Below the pieces are notes generated by a model. It made no database searches. It worked only from the letters and a program-made list of their open reading frames with translations, and was not told where the DNA came from. From positions 186,001 to 250,000 of the forward strand of contig QPGO01000081.1 of the NCBI GenBank assembly GCA_008632985.1: 64,000 bases of DNA. Reading direction: 5' to 3'. The position numbers and the translations under genes were made by a program. The DNA is from Psammoneis japonica (Eukaryota). Below, in pieces: positions 21,590 through 33,709 of this stretch. Numbering within the stretch: the first letter of the stretch is position 1; each line of letters starts with the position of its first letter.

Positions 21590-24170
21590 AGTGCCTGGCA
21601 TGAAGACATTTACACAAATGCACTGACACTTCCACTGAAAATGGTGGTGCAGCCTCCTGCAGCCCACAAACCCAAGCCACAACTTTGGCTTGGCCACTTG
21701 TGATGCTCCACCACACCCCTTGGATTCGACTGCATGCACGACCAGCCTGCTGTGAAGTGAGAGAGAAACACCCAGCCAGAGCCCAAGAGGCAGTGGAAGC
21801 CATGCACCCAGCATAAAGCCATGTGGCTTCCAACCTTGGGTGACAGTTGTTTCCACTGATGAAACAGAAAAAGGAGCAACAGGATTGCTCAACAGAGACC
21901 AGGGCTCCATGAGAAAAGGGGGAGAAATGGGGCCACGGGACTGAAAACAACAGCACCCTCTGCTCCTTGCCTGACAGCTTGAGGACTGTTGAGTGGGTGG
22001 GTGGCAAAGAGAAAGCATGGCTTGAGGCTTGAATCCCTTGAAAGCCATGACAAGACAATGAGTTCACAGACTTTGCAGCAAATCTTCGTGAGCTTGCAAA
22101 GGCAGCACAGTTTTTGTGGCTGAGCCATTGTCAGTGCAGGAAGATCCAAAGTTGAGTGGCCACCACTTTCTGGAGCTTGAGAGAGATGAGAAAATGCCCA
22201 ATCAATGATCTGATCAAAACATTGTGCCAAGTGATGTTCCACAAAAAAATCTTGCTCTGCAGAGCACATTTGACAGTGCACCGCTTCTTGTTGCAAGAGA
22301 ACAAACAAGTGTGACTCAAAATGCCACAAATTTTGGAGAGTGTTCATCTTCAATCTGGTGAGATCCAGTTTTGAATCAGTGCCTGGTGATCCCAGAGGTG
22401 CAGACTGACTCTTTCTCTGACTTCTGGACTTTGGATTGCTTGACATTTGGAAATGATGCACTGATGCCTCCACTGAAAATGGTGGTGTTTCCTCCATTGT
22501 GCCAACAAACCCAAGTGCCATGGCTTTGGCTGTCTTTAATGTTTCACACTTCTTGGATTTGACTGTGGTGACAGCCTGTTGAACTCAGACACCCAGGGCC
22601 CAAATGGAAGCCAGATTCATGCTGCATGACTTCCAACTTTTTGGGCCACTGTTGTGTTTGCTTCCATTGATGCAATGGCAAAAAGTGCTCAACAGATCGC
22701 AGGATGAAACAAAAGGAGAAGAAAACAAAAGCTGCTGGCTGCTGCAATGCTGTTGCACATCTGTGACATCTCAACACCTCCACCTCTTTTAAAATGGGTC
22801 AAATCCACTGCTTGTGCCCCTCCAAAACAGCACAATCTTGGATGGCTCCAAAACAAACCTCTTGGGTTTGCAATGCCAGCAAAAATCTCAAAAACCTTTC
22901 ATCATTTGAGAGTGCTCTGTGAAAGAGAACCATGGCTGGAGAAGGGGTGCAAAAGAGAGAGAGAGAGAGAGAGAGAGAGCTGCTCTCATTCTTTGTTTGT
23001 CACATTTGACGGAAAATCGGCTGTGCCGATTTTGTCGTTCATTCATTCAAGAGAGTGGCCTTGAGACATCACACTTGAAGGGCCTTGAAATCACACTTCA
23101 AGGGCTTGCATTTTAGCTCAACTGCTCCATCTTTGTCTGACCAGGGGACAAACAATGTCACACCCTCTGCCACAGAGAACACTGACGGGCATCACATCCA
23201 GGTTGAAAGGAGCTGAGAGGAAGGCAAAGCAGAGCCCCCCCCCCCCCCCCACATGAGGAGGAGGCGTGTGGTCACACATGTCAAAGCCATGTCACAAAGA
23301 AAACTCAGTCAAGGCTTGTGCAGATTGTTGGCAGTGGTGGTGATGGGCTTTCTTCAATGTGTGGTGAGTGCTTCTTGTTGAGTGCTGTGTGCACTTGTTT
23401 CTCTTTGGTGGCTGCAACAGGCTCCTCACCACAATTCTGGATTTTGTGGACCAGTCTCCATTTCTTGTTCTGGTCTGCCTCACCCACACATGGGGATGCC
23501 ATCAGTCTGTGCTTTGGGGATTGCACTGGTGCTCTGTGTGTCTCCTTGCAGCTGCATCCTGCTCCATGTTTGCAAACATCATCTGTGCACAGAGGCAAAT
23601 GCACCACAAAGAAGGTCATGAAGGAATGTGCGATTCCACACATCACAGCATGAGCCCCCCCCTTCTTTTTGGAACAACTGCGCGACAATTGATCCTTGCT
23701 GTTGATGAGTTCTCTTCTTCTCACTCTTCTTCTTCTTCTTCTTCTGCCACTGGCAAATCTTCCTTTGCTCCTTGCTTCATTTCACTCTGTCATGGTTGTC
23801 CCAAAACTTTCTGGCCACAGAGAAAAGGAGACACATGTCGTCATTTGGACAGTTGCCACAAAGGATTGAATTTTCCAAGTGGCTGATGTTGTTCAAAAGT
23901 CTTTGGCAAACAAACAGAAAAGGAGGATGGCTTTACCAGACAAAACATCATTGTCATCTCTTCTTGACTCCAAAAATCAAAGTTTTGTTCTTTTGTTGTT
24001 GCCGCGCACACTTGTTCTTCTGTTCCACCAGTCCTGAGTTTCTTCTCAACCATTTCAATGAATCCAATGCAAAAGGTGTTTTCATCCATTCTGGTGACAT
24101 TGCTTGGCCGTGCCCATGGAGGAGAAGCATCATTGCGGAAGCAGTCTATGAGACATGATGCAGGAGACAG
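21590..24170. other. TpA/CpG-depleted block 2, with an internal diverged duplication (~21620-21900 vs ~22455-22750)
   Basis: Near absence of TA/CG; tccactgaaaatggtggtg..acaaacccaag occurs twice; poly-C at ~23235-23250. Confidence 0.8.
22954..22979. repeat. (AG)n microsatellite
   Basis: 13 AG units. Confidence 0.95.
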
Positions 24171-24279
24171 GAGAAGTGCCCAGATTTGATTGCATTGCTT
24201 GCGTTCGTTGATTGAATCGGGCGATACAGCACGAGAAACGATCTTTGATCGATCCGCGACATCTCGGCGAGACGCCGCC

Positions 24280-25136
24280 ATGATAAGTTTGGTAGCAGGT
24301 AGCAGACAAGAGCGCTCCACCAACCAACAAAAAGCACTCACCATGACGACCAGCTCTATCCTTACGTTGATTACAAGCTGCTTGTTTTGGGTATTTTGGT
24401 TTGAATGGATTATTTCTAGTCCACTCAAGATCCGGGCGATTGAAATGGTATGTATTGCGTTTGATCGCCGAGTGCGCTTTCTCTCTCCCGACATTGTACC
24501 TTATCTCATTGCGCTGTCCGCTCATATCACTCTCTCTACTACTACTAGAAACACTTGGATCCATCTGAAATTATTGCCATTCCATATGAGCTCCTACCGT
24601 TGAGTATCTATGTTGGTGGAGGAGTCGTTGCATTGTTTTTGTGTTTTGTACGTGAAAACGTCGTGCTTGTTGATTTCCTACGAACCAGCGTCGTCCTGTT
24701 GCTCGTCATGTTTCTATGCGGTGGCAACATTTTCAAACACATGATTTCCAGCATGTTGGCAGCTATCCATGCTGCCACTATTCTATTCTTTTGGTACTAT
24801 AATACAACCAGCAAGCAGCTATCATCCAACAATAGCGTGCTTGATTTGTTGCTCCACGAGCAAGTCTATTGTTTACGGTGGGAAAAGGACATGAGCAAAC
24901 TACAACACGTGCTGCAGACCGTCGTTCCGTTCTATATCATGCTTTCGACTATTATGGTGTACCAAATCTTGCATATATTAGATTGGGGTATCCAAATGCA
25001 ACGGTGGCCCTTGCCAATTGTGGGAGGTTGTACCATGGGTTATTGCATTGCCACGGCATTGCGAATCCTTGTACAAGTCGTTCTCAACTACTACTGCATG
25101 GGGCACAGAATGAATTCTTTGTCAAGAAATGAGTAA
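24280..25136 (+). CDS. PIGF: PIG-F/GPI11-like GPI biosynthesis membrane protein; exons 24280-24447 and 24549-25136
   Basis: ILDWGIQMQRWPLP resembles the PIG-F LDWxxxWQxWP motif; several TM segments; phase-0 intron GTATGT..CTAG joins two in-frame ORFs. Confidence 0.7.
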
Positions 25137-25343
25137 TCCTTTGGAGGAATCGAGAGCTTTTATCTCATGCTCTTTTCGAATGCAGTATCCAAATCATACT
25201 TGTATCTTTCGAGTGACGCGTGCTTTCACGTGAAATCCTGAACTTATTCTCTGCTACGTCTGACCCCAGCACGAACCCCTCCTTCGAAATTGTTGCCCAT
25301 TCATATTTGGCAAGGTACCTCTTCTTTTCTTTTGAAAACCACC

Positions 25344-26498
25344 ATGGCGTTGTCCTCGGTCCACCTGACTGGCTCCCTACGATCAGTCGCAAGCTCGATT
25401 TCCAATAGCAATGTTCCTTCTTATCGGTTTGAAGACGCGTCCGAGGAATCGCCATCAGCATGCCCGCTTACTAATATCCCAATGTTATTGCATCAAGAGC
25501 GGGAACAGGTATTACTGGAGGAAACCGAAGACGCAATGATACAACATGATACTGGACCTGGCGATTACATTGAGGCAATCGAGGAGGAAAGCACCGTTTC
25601 GCTGCTGCAACCAAGCAGCCAACATTCGCAGGGACTTTCACAATTGCTATCAAGAACAAAATTTCAATCCTGCTACATTGTCGTGATGCTCGTCGTGTCC
25701 GTTTTTGTAGTACTACTATCGTTTTGGCTTGGTGTTCAAGTTGAATATCATTCTCGTAATCACGACGGGAATCATTCACGAATAGAGCCGGGGCAACGTG
25801 CTCGAAACGTCAAGGCATGCATTTCCTACCTTTCGGGTGATGATCAAGACACTTCTTCTTCTCTGCAAGCCAAGGCTGTGGATTGGTTTGTAAATGGTCC
25901 GGGACGAGATTTTGTGGGCATTCCCAGCAGAACGCAAGAGTGCCACAGTGACAAGGAATTTGCACAACTCGTTGGTCTTGTTGCGCTTTGGTATGGACTA
26001 CTTTTGGAAGAATCAACGGAATCCCATAAAATGCCAGCCTCCGTGTCAACCTTGCAAGATGTTTGTCATTCATGGCATCGTGTTGTTTGTAGCGACAATA
26101 CTCAAGAGCATGACACTCGAGTTTTGAAGCTTCATCTCAGCGATCTTGACAGTACAATAACAAAGGGAGCGAGTATTCCCAGCGAGATTGGTTTGCTTCC
26201 GTATTTGATTCAAGCAGAGTTCTATGGGAATGATTTTCTTGAAGGTACCTTGCCCGAGTGCATTTCAAATTTGACAAATTTGGAGATTCTTCACGTGCAC
26301 TTGACGTCAGTCACAGGCACGGTACCGGCCAGTTTTGAAAACTTGATTCAACTACGCGAGTTGTTTGTGGATCGAACCAAGATGCATGGTACCATGCCGG
26401 AAAGTTTGTGTGTATTGCCAAATATAGAGCAGGTTCACTCGGATTGCAAAGGTCCAGAGCCACAAATGTCGTGCGCTTGCTGTACGCATTGCTACTAA
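25344..26498 (+). CDS. Single-pass membrane leucine-rich repeat protein
   Basis: TM segment YIVVMLVVSVFVVLLSFWLGV; plant-type LRRs (IPSEIGLL, GTLPECISNLTNL, TGTVPASFENL, GTMPESLC); CxCCxxC terminus. Confidence 0.85.
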   Translation: MALSSVHLTGSLRSVASSISNSNVPSYRFEDASEESPSACPLTNIPMLLHQEREQVLLEETEDAMIQHDTGPGDYIEAIEEESTVSLLQPSSQHSQGLSQLLSRTKFQSCYIVVMLVVSVFVVLLSFWLGVQVEYHSRNHDGNHSRIEPGQRARNVKACISYLSGDDQDTSSSLQAKAVDWFVNGPGRDFVGIPSRTQECHSDKEFAQLVGLVALWYGLLLEESTESHKMPASVSTLQDVCHSWHRVVCSDNTQEHDTRVLKLHLSDLDSTITKGASIPSEIGLLPYLIQAEFYGNDFLEGTLPECISNLTNLEILHVHLTSVTGTVPASFENLIQLRELFVDRTKMHGTMPESLCVLPNIEQVHSDCKGPEPQMSCACCTHCY

Positions 26499-26929
26499 AG
26501 ATCAATGACTCCTCACCAACCCGCTATTGTTGACGCTGCGGTTGGAACCTCGATCTAAAGTCAAGCCGCATTTTGCATATCTTTTGACATTTTGGAAAAC
26601 AAATCAAACTATGCCATTACCGGGAAGAATCCCATCTCCTCAATTCGACGGGTGAGGAGCGAGGTTGAGCAGGCACATGCCAAGCAAGTGGGCGATCACA
26701 GCTTCTTATTCCAATGTAGAGAGAAAACAATGTACGGTAGCTTGCGACTACAAAATTCACTCACCCTACATTTACTACTCTCCCATTGAGCTTCTAGATA
26801 GATTGTTAGTGACGAGGTCACTCCACACTACAGCGCATCTTGAGTTACCATCATAAATGACCTTTGCGGTCGCATGGCCTCTCTGAAACATCCCAACGCA
26901 CAGGAGACTCGTATCGTGCTCACGGCATT

Positions 26930-29530
26930 CTCGACCCTGTCATTGACAGTTTCAAAGGCAAACAAAGCTGATCTGTTGAGTACACGGACATCATCACCAT
27001 TGAAAACTGTTTTTCGTGCTTTTTTTCCAATGCCCAAGCCACGATGGTCATGACAACTTTGTCCCGCTCATTTGCCCCAATCAAGAAGGGCCAGTTGGCC
27101 CAGACATCACCTGGGATGGTCACATGCATGTGTCTCCCCAACCCCATCACATCTTAATCTGCAGCTTTGGAGAAGGCCACAAACCCTTTTTGCCATGGAC
27201 ATGGTGCCTTGGCCCAGAATTTTGATGCAGTTTGTGCCCCACCCCAGGCTGCACTCTCCATTGACAAGATTTTCACCAGCTGCAGTCTCTCTTGCTTGTT
27301 CTGCAAAAAAAAAAAAGAGACAGACTCATCTGGCCATTTTCAGAACTGCTGTAAATGGGTTTTGCAAAGCCAGCTGATTGCTGGGCTGTTGTTGAACCCA
27401 TCTTGACAAAATTGTGGTCATTCACATTGTGAATGAAGCAAAAACCTCTGCCCCTGTCCCACCATCTCTTGATGATGCTCAGTTTCAAAGAGGGGCCAAG
27501 CTAGCTCTGGTTTGCTGTGACCACTTAAAAGCTTCTAGCACGGCAAACAAGGTCAGCAGATGTGCTGCCACCGCTGAGTTGACATCCATCACACCAAATG
27601 CTGATGTCAAGTTGGCCCCTTCTCTTGCATCCTTTCACACTGCTTTGCCTGACAACACAGACTCCCACCCAGTGCACATGTGCAGCACCACTTGGAGTGC
27701 GATCGCTTCCTGGATTGGTTTCTCTGTTGTGGCACATTGATGAGTTGGCACCTTTCAGGCTGACCTCCCAGTTTTTGTTGGTTGTTGGGTTGAGTGCCAC
27801 CCATTTGGGTCATTGTCTGCAGGGCTCAATGTGTGCATGACTGTCACTCTGGCTGGTGGCCTCCCAACTTGCTCTCAATTGGGTCGTCATTCTGAGTGAC
27901 AAGTGGACGACAACCTCCCAGCCATCAATTGCTGAATTTTCTATTGAGCATGGGAGACTGACAGCTGGGAATGATTTGCTGCTTGGTTGGTGTCAGATGC
28001 CACACTTGGATGCTCTTCTTTTGTTGCTCTTTTCAACCACAAGATGATGCCTGATTTTTTTTTGTAGAGTTGAAGGAGCTTTCTTTCTCCCTCTCTCAAA
28101 TGAAAGAAGCAGCACAGCTGCTGACTCTCCATCAACTGCAATGAACAAATGACAAAGTGGCCAAGAGGTGAAGCTGCTCAATCAGGTGTTGGTCCAAGCT
28201 GTGAGAGCAACAGTGAGGCACAATGGTGCACTGGCCAAAGTCAGGAGTGAGACTTTTGTGGTGGCTTCATCAGCGGCCATCTGCTGTTGTCAATGTGGTT
28301 TGAGCTGTTGTGTTGCTGAAAAAGATCTGGGTGAGAAGGGCAGGCAAGTCAATCTGATGAGAAGAACTTGATTCAATCTGGTGCTCTCTCTTTTTCTCTC
28401 TCATTGGTCTTTCCATGAAAAAAACAAGGCAGGATGAAACAGCCAGGGGCACGTGTGATGTAAAAGAAGGTTGCCAAGGTTTTGCAAGTGGCTGCAGCAC
28501 ACAATCATTCAGCCCAGTCTGACATGTTGGCAGGCATGATTGTGGGTGTTGGCAAGATGTGTTGAGAGAGGGAGGGATGTGCCGTTGTTCCCCCACACTT
28601 TCTGAAGCTTGCTTGGTGTGGTGTGGTGTGGTGATGTTTGGGTGATGTGGTGCATCACAGAAAAGATGATGGTGAGGGTGCTTTGGTTGAGCTGTTTGGC
28701 ACAAGCAGGATTGCCAACAATGAGATCAGGTGCTTTTTGAAAATGAGCTGCAGCTTGCTGGGCTTGTGCCCTTGGCATTGTCTTTGGCAACATTTGGGTC
28801 ATCTTTGCACACTTGCATGCCTTCAATCCTGTCACCACAGGCTCTTGATTCCCCCAATTGGGGGGTTGTTGGTGGTGAGGTCACTCCACACCACATCTGG
28901 AGCTGCCATCACATTGGAGCAGAAACAATGTGGGGAAGGACCACATGTCTCATTTCAGAATGGTGCCTGCATGGCATGCATCATTGCCCAGTCATGCCAG
29001 CACCTGCCAACAGCGCACACTGTGGCACACATCAATCATGGCTGGATTCATTCAACAACTCATTTGTTGATGTTGATCATAAAATTTTGCATGACGAATT
29101 GAGACCTTGAGTTGTGCTTTTAAGATTTAAAAACAAATCAAAATGTTTTAACACACAATTTGTTTTGATTGCACTCAGACTCAGGAAAATGAAATTTGAA
29201 ATTTCTAAATTCAAAGTTTGGCTCAATCTTGAGCAAACAAGATTCCCTCTCCTCACTTTCACACTGAACAAAAAGAAAACCCATTCAGAACAGGGAGTCT
29301 GCAACTAAGAACGGGTCTCATCATGCATTCAAGAACACTGCTCTCTCAAATGTTGGTGGATCTTCCCCTTGTTGTCACCACAGGTTGGCTTCTTTCCATC
29401 ATTTCCAATGCATCAAATCTTGGCAGCAAGAAACCATCCTTTCTTCAAAACCAAAATCTCCAAGATGACTCATGTGAAGGCATGGCTGAAGATGTTGTTG
29501 AGGTTCAAACAACAGTGTGTCACACTGACA
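26930..29530 (+). repeat. Segmental duplication copy A (partner 33710-37640); forms most of depleted block 3 (~26950-30950)
   Basis: Collinear from tgacagtttcaaa (26944 / 33724) to cacactg (29521 / 37633), e.g. gagcaaacaagattccctctcctcactttc in both. Confidence 0.9.
29335..29530 (+). pseudogene. Mutated copy of the first ~65 codons of the gene at 37450
   Basis: TLLSQMLVDLPLVVTTGWLLSIISNASNLGSKKPSFLQNQNLQDDSCEGMAEDVVEVQTTVCHT aligns with MLLSRMLEALPLVVVVGWLSVVANASNPNSEKPSFLRNRNLQGDSCEGVAEDVIEIQTIIYHT; ATG changed to ACA. Confidence 0.92.
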
Positions 29531-30349
29531 AACTTGTCTTGGTGGTGTGCAATTTGAAGTCCTCCATGATTCTTGGCTTCTGCAGCAATGGCATGGTTCT
29601 CACCACCAAAACGGACAAAAAAGTGGAGTTGGTGACTCTGCCTGATGGTGCTGTCTTCAGAGAGCACATCTGCATTGAGGGCTTGACTGGAGATCCTTTT
29701 TCTTCCACACAAGTGAAAAAGCACAAAACGTGAGTTGCGGTGTTGAAACAACTCAAGCCCAGCGAGAGCAGTGTGGCCATGTGGGAAGACAAGATCATTT
29801 TTTCATCCACAGGTCCATGCTCTTGTGCAAGTCTTGTGGGTGCTCCAATGTCTTGGTTTCACACCTTGAGGCACTGTCTCTGTCCTTTTTGCCTTTGAGG
29901 TTGCAGTTGAACACATGGGCTGCCAAATGCATTCCTTCACACACAGCACAAACAAGGGACAAAAATGCATGAATCCACCACAGAAGTTTTATCAGCCAAG
30001 TGGTGAGAAGTTTGAGAAGCTGTGATGTCCACATGTGCTGGGAACCATGCTCCAACATGCAAAGAGGCTTGCCACTTGCTCGCTCGCTCACTGCCAATGC
30101 AAGCCTTCCAATGCAGCAGCCATGTCATTTTCACTTTGAAACTCACAATCACAGAAAAAGCAGCTTTTTTCTCTGCAAAACAAATCCACTTGAGACTGAC
30201 CAATCTGAACCTCAAAGGCAGACACTTTGGACAGGATGCAATGAGCGGCCTTCTTGTCTGCACAGTCTCGCAGCTCTGAGATGCAAGGGAATTCCTCCTC
30301 TTCCAGGATGCCAATGTGGGCCCAGCTGCTGCTTCAAAACTTGTCTGAT

Positions 30350-31159
30350 TCACACTCAGTCTTCACATGAGAGCCCTTTGTCTGTCCTCAGTGTTGTCCT
30401 CCTTGAGATTTCTCTTGAACCAACTGAAGAAAAAAGCACACCTCTCTCCACACACAAGTCTTTGCAACCATCAGCTTCCTGATCCATGACGATGCACACT
30501 GACTTCATGTTGTCCCACCTTAAAAGAGTTGCCCCACCAAGGCAAAGATCACTTGGGTCAGGAATCTCACCAAGCCTCAGAGTGTTTGGCAAGGCATCCC
30601 ACCAAACATTTTTTGTCATGTTCTTGATTTCCAAAGCCTCCCTGGACGTTTCATCAAATCTGTTTTTGGAGAGGCTGATGATGCACATTGATTTTCCACC
30701 ATGAGCACCACCCCAGCGTCAGGCACAAACAACAGCCCTGGTTCAAGTGAAACCCAGTCATGCACCCACTGAGCAACAATGCATTTGCGGTGCTTGTTGT
30801 TGTTGTCAGCGGTGGATTTTTTGATGCGGCAGAGAGCCCAACAACAGCAAAGATGCTGCTCTCAGCGGCAGGGCAGGGCCAAGTGGAATTCTTGGCAATT
30901 CTTTAGTGGACACTTTCATGTTGAGTGATTTTGTCAAATGATGATGAAAGTCCCAATTCGATGTTGCCGAGAGAAAGCTTTGGAGACCGCGCACTTGGAA
31001 ATGGTGTTGGCGCAGATCTGCTTCCAGAAGTCTCCTCAGTCTTGGCTGATCAGACAATGACATTTTGTTCCAGGACTTGCACACTTCGGACACAGAACCA
31101 ATGTCCCTAGCATGAAGCCAACGCATGACGAGACGCCACGTAAAGACATCCATCGTCAT
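30350..31159 (-). pseudogene. Probable F-box protein pseudogene
   Basis: MDVFTWRLVMRWLHARDIGSVSEVCKSWNKM resembles an F-box. The 5' end retains CG; the rest decays into the depleted block. 3' limit uncertain. Confidence 0.45.
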
Positions 31160-31668
31160 GTTGTTTGATCATTGATCAATCTACCGGTGCAGAGCCGACA
31201 CGACAGCGCTCGCACAGACAGACGGAAAATCTGAAAAATGGGCCGTGCGTGCTGGAGCGCTTGGGGCTGTCCCGCCACAATTTAAACGAATGAACATCCT
31301 CAGGTGCGAACATGAAGAACATTAGTGTAATTCTTTCGAGAACTTGATCCAATGCATTTTATTAATGCGGTAATTTGAAAATAAAATTTTAATTAGGGAG
31401 AAAAATTGTCCTCACGACTGAATAACTGCCATCGGCCAGAGCTGACCAAAAAGCCGTTGAAAAAATTTCGTCGCTGTCGCGCTCACAAAAATAGTAAGGC
31501 GTGGTGTTCAAGCCATTATTACAGTAACAACTAGAGGAGTGGGGTTTGGGCCCTACTGTCTCCAACAACAACAAGCGAGAGAACGACGGCATACATTAGG
31601 CACTGCTGTCAAACATAAACTGCAACAGTTTTTGCGAAAGATTTCTGTGTTGCTCGCAAAGATTCACC

Positions 31669-33428
31669 ATGCGGGGCTACTTTGCAGCCTCCGTGGGCTT
31701 TGGTGTTCTCGTTATTGTCAGCTCTGTTCAAGAACCACAAGAAAAAACACCGAGAGTTCGTCGACGTGATGACATAGAGAAAGCAGTGGATGATACCCTG
31801 GGCGAGACCTTGACACACTGGGTGGAGTAGATCCCGTGGCAAACAACGGGGTCAAAACTTACAACACTCCAGACTCTGGCTCTTGGCCCTCCTTCAGCGA
31901 TTGGAATGCGTTAGAGTCTGCCCTTTCAGCCGGTGCTTCACTCGACGGTCCCTTCATTCGTGGCCAAGGTTGGAAATACTTTTGGGATTGCTCAACGCTT
32001 GGTATCAATTCGTACTCCATTGCAGCAGGAGGCGATGGCGTTTGCATGCAAGGTCCGGCCTGTGCCCGTGATTTCTGTGATCCCGACGCTGATTATGACC
32101 TTCCGGCCTACGTTGCTGACGTGAGGACTCCTCAAGATATTGGCAAGGCTTTGGAGTTTGCCAACAACCACAACATTGCCGTGTCCGTCAAGACCACGGG
32201 TCATTCCCTCACGGGAGCCTCGACAGCTAGAAATTCTTTAATGATTTGGATGCACAACTATCCAAAGAATGGCACCATTGTCAGGGACTACAAGGATTCG
32301 TGCGATGATAGCATTACTCACGATGCAGCAGTGGCCATTAATGGAGGTGAGACATGGAATGATGTTTTGGAGGCTGTCAAGGGCGAGTATCACATGGTCA
32401 CTGGTGGTTGTCGCTCTGTCTCAGCCGCTGGGGGATGGCTTCAGGGATGTGGTCTGTCCTATTCGAGCCGCACCTATGGCATTGGAATTGACCAAGTGAT
32501 TGATTTTGACTGTGTGTTGGCAAATGGTGCCTTTGTAGAAAAGGTGGATCCCTGCAATGAGCCCGATATATTTTGGGCGCTGCGAGGAGGTGGAGGAGGG
32601 ACCTTTGGAGTCGTGACAAGGATGCACTACAAGCTCCACCCCGTGACACCCGTAACGAGACTCAAATGGAGCATGAGTGGATTGCCACTCGCGGAACAGG
32701 CGGACAGATTCAAACATCGATGGATGGATTACTGGCTTGACATCAGCCCAGACCTTGACAATAGGTGGAGTGGCTCATTTGATCCTCAACGCTGTGATCT
32801 CACCTTCATGGGAGATCAGGACCAAGCCCGTGAGAGCTTTGTGAATGCTTTTGATACGTGGCACGGTGAATCAACCGATGCAAGTTCCTTTTCTCCGTTA
32901 CCGAGCTCAACAATGGAAACATTTGACAACTGGTATGAGTTCATGGGAGGTGCTGGGGCCTACAACCAGCCGACAATTCAGGAGCTCACGGGGCTTATTT
33001 TCTCAGGAGCTCATGAAATGCGTGCTCGACTGGTGCCCCGTGAGGTTGTGATTGAACGCAAGGAAGAACTTCTCGACATAATGAAACAGTGGTCGAAGGG
33101 TAACCCACATTTTGTCAACTACTTTTTGGGTGGAAAGACAAATGAAGTCGCTGACAATGCAACGGCTGTCAATCCGGCCATGAGAAATGCTGTGTTTCAC
33201 CTAACGGCTTTTGATCAAGAGACCGGTGACTTGATTCGCAATTTTCTCCCCAACAACATCACTGGCGTGTCGTTCAATCACCACTGCGTCTTGGAACCCA
33301 ATTGGCGTCGTGCTTTGTGGGGATCAAACTATGATCGCTTGGCGCAGCTCAAGAAGAAGCACGACCCGAATCATGTCTTTAACTGCTGGCATTGTGTTGG
33401 CTACCAAGGAGAGGAGCTGGTGCAGTAA
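31669..33428 (+). CDS. FAD-linked oxidoreductase, berberine bridge enzyme-like; signal-peptide segment is out of frame with the main ORF 31836-33428
   Basis: VKTTGHS (covalent FAD His), GGWLQGCG, FWALRGGGGGTFGVVT, WGSNYDRLAQLKKKHDPNHVFNC. Upstream MRGYFAASVGFGVLVIVSSVQ starts at 31669 in another frame. Confidence 0.88.
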
Positions 33429-33709
33429 AGCCACTTGAAGGCGCTTGTCTTTGCAACAGACAGTAGAACGAAGGAAACGTTTGTTGCTTGGGCTTTTTGT
33501 GTTCTGCAGTAGTGAAATGGTTTAGCAAATAATGAAGCTAAAGGAACAAGCAAGAATGCTGCTAAGGCTTTAATGATCAAGCATTTCTAGCTTGATCACC
33601 CTCAGAAAGCCTCTACTCTAAAGCAGCCAGTGGCATGTGGCTCGCGTTTCTGGAGTGCGCATGTAGCACTGCACATTGCGGTCCGACACGCTCTTCGAAA
33701 CTTGCCTCC

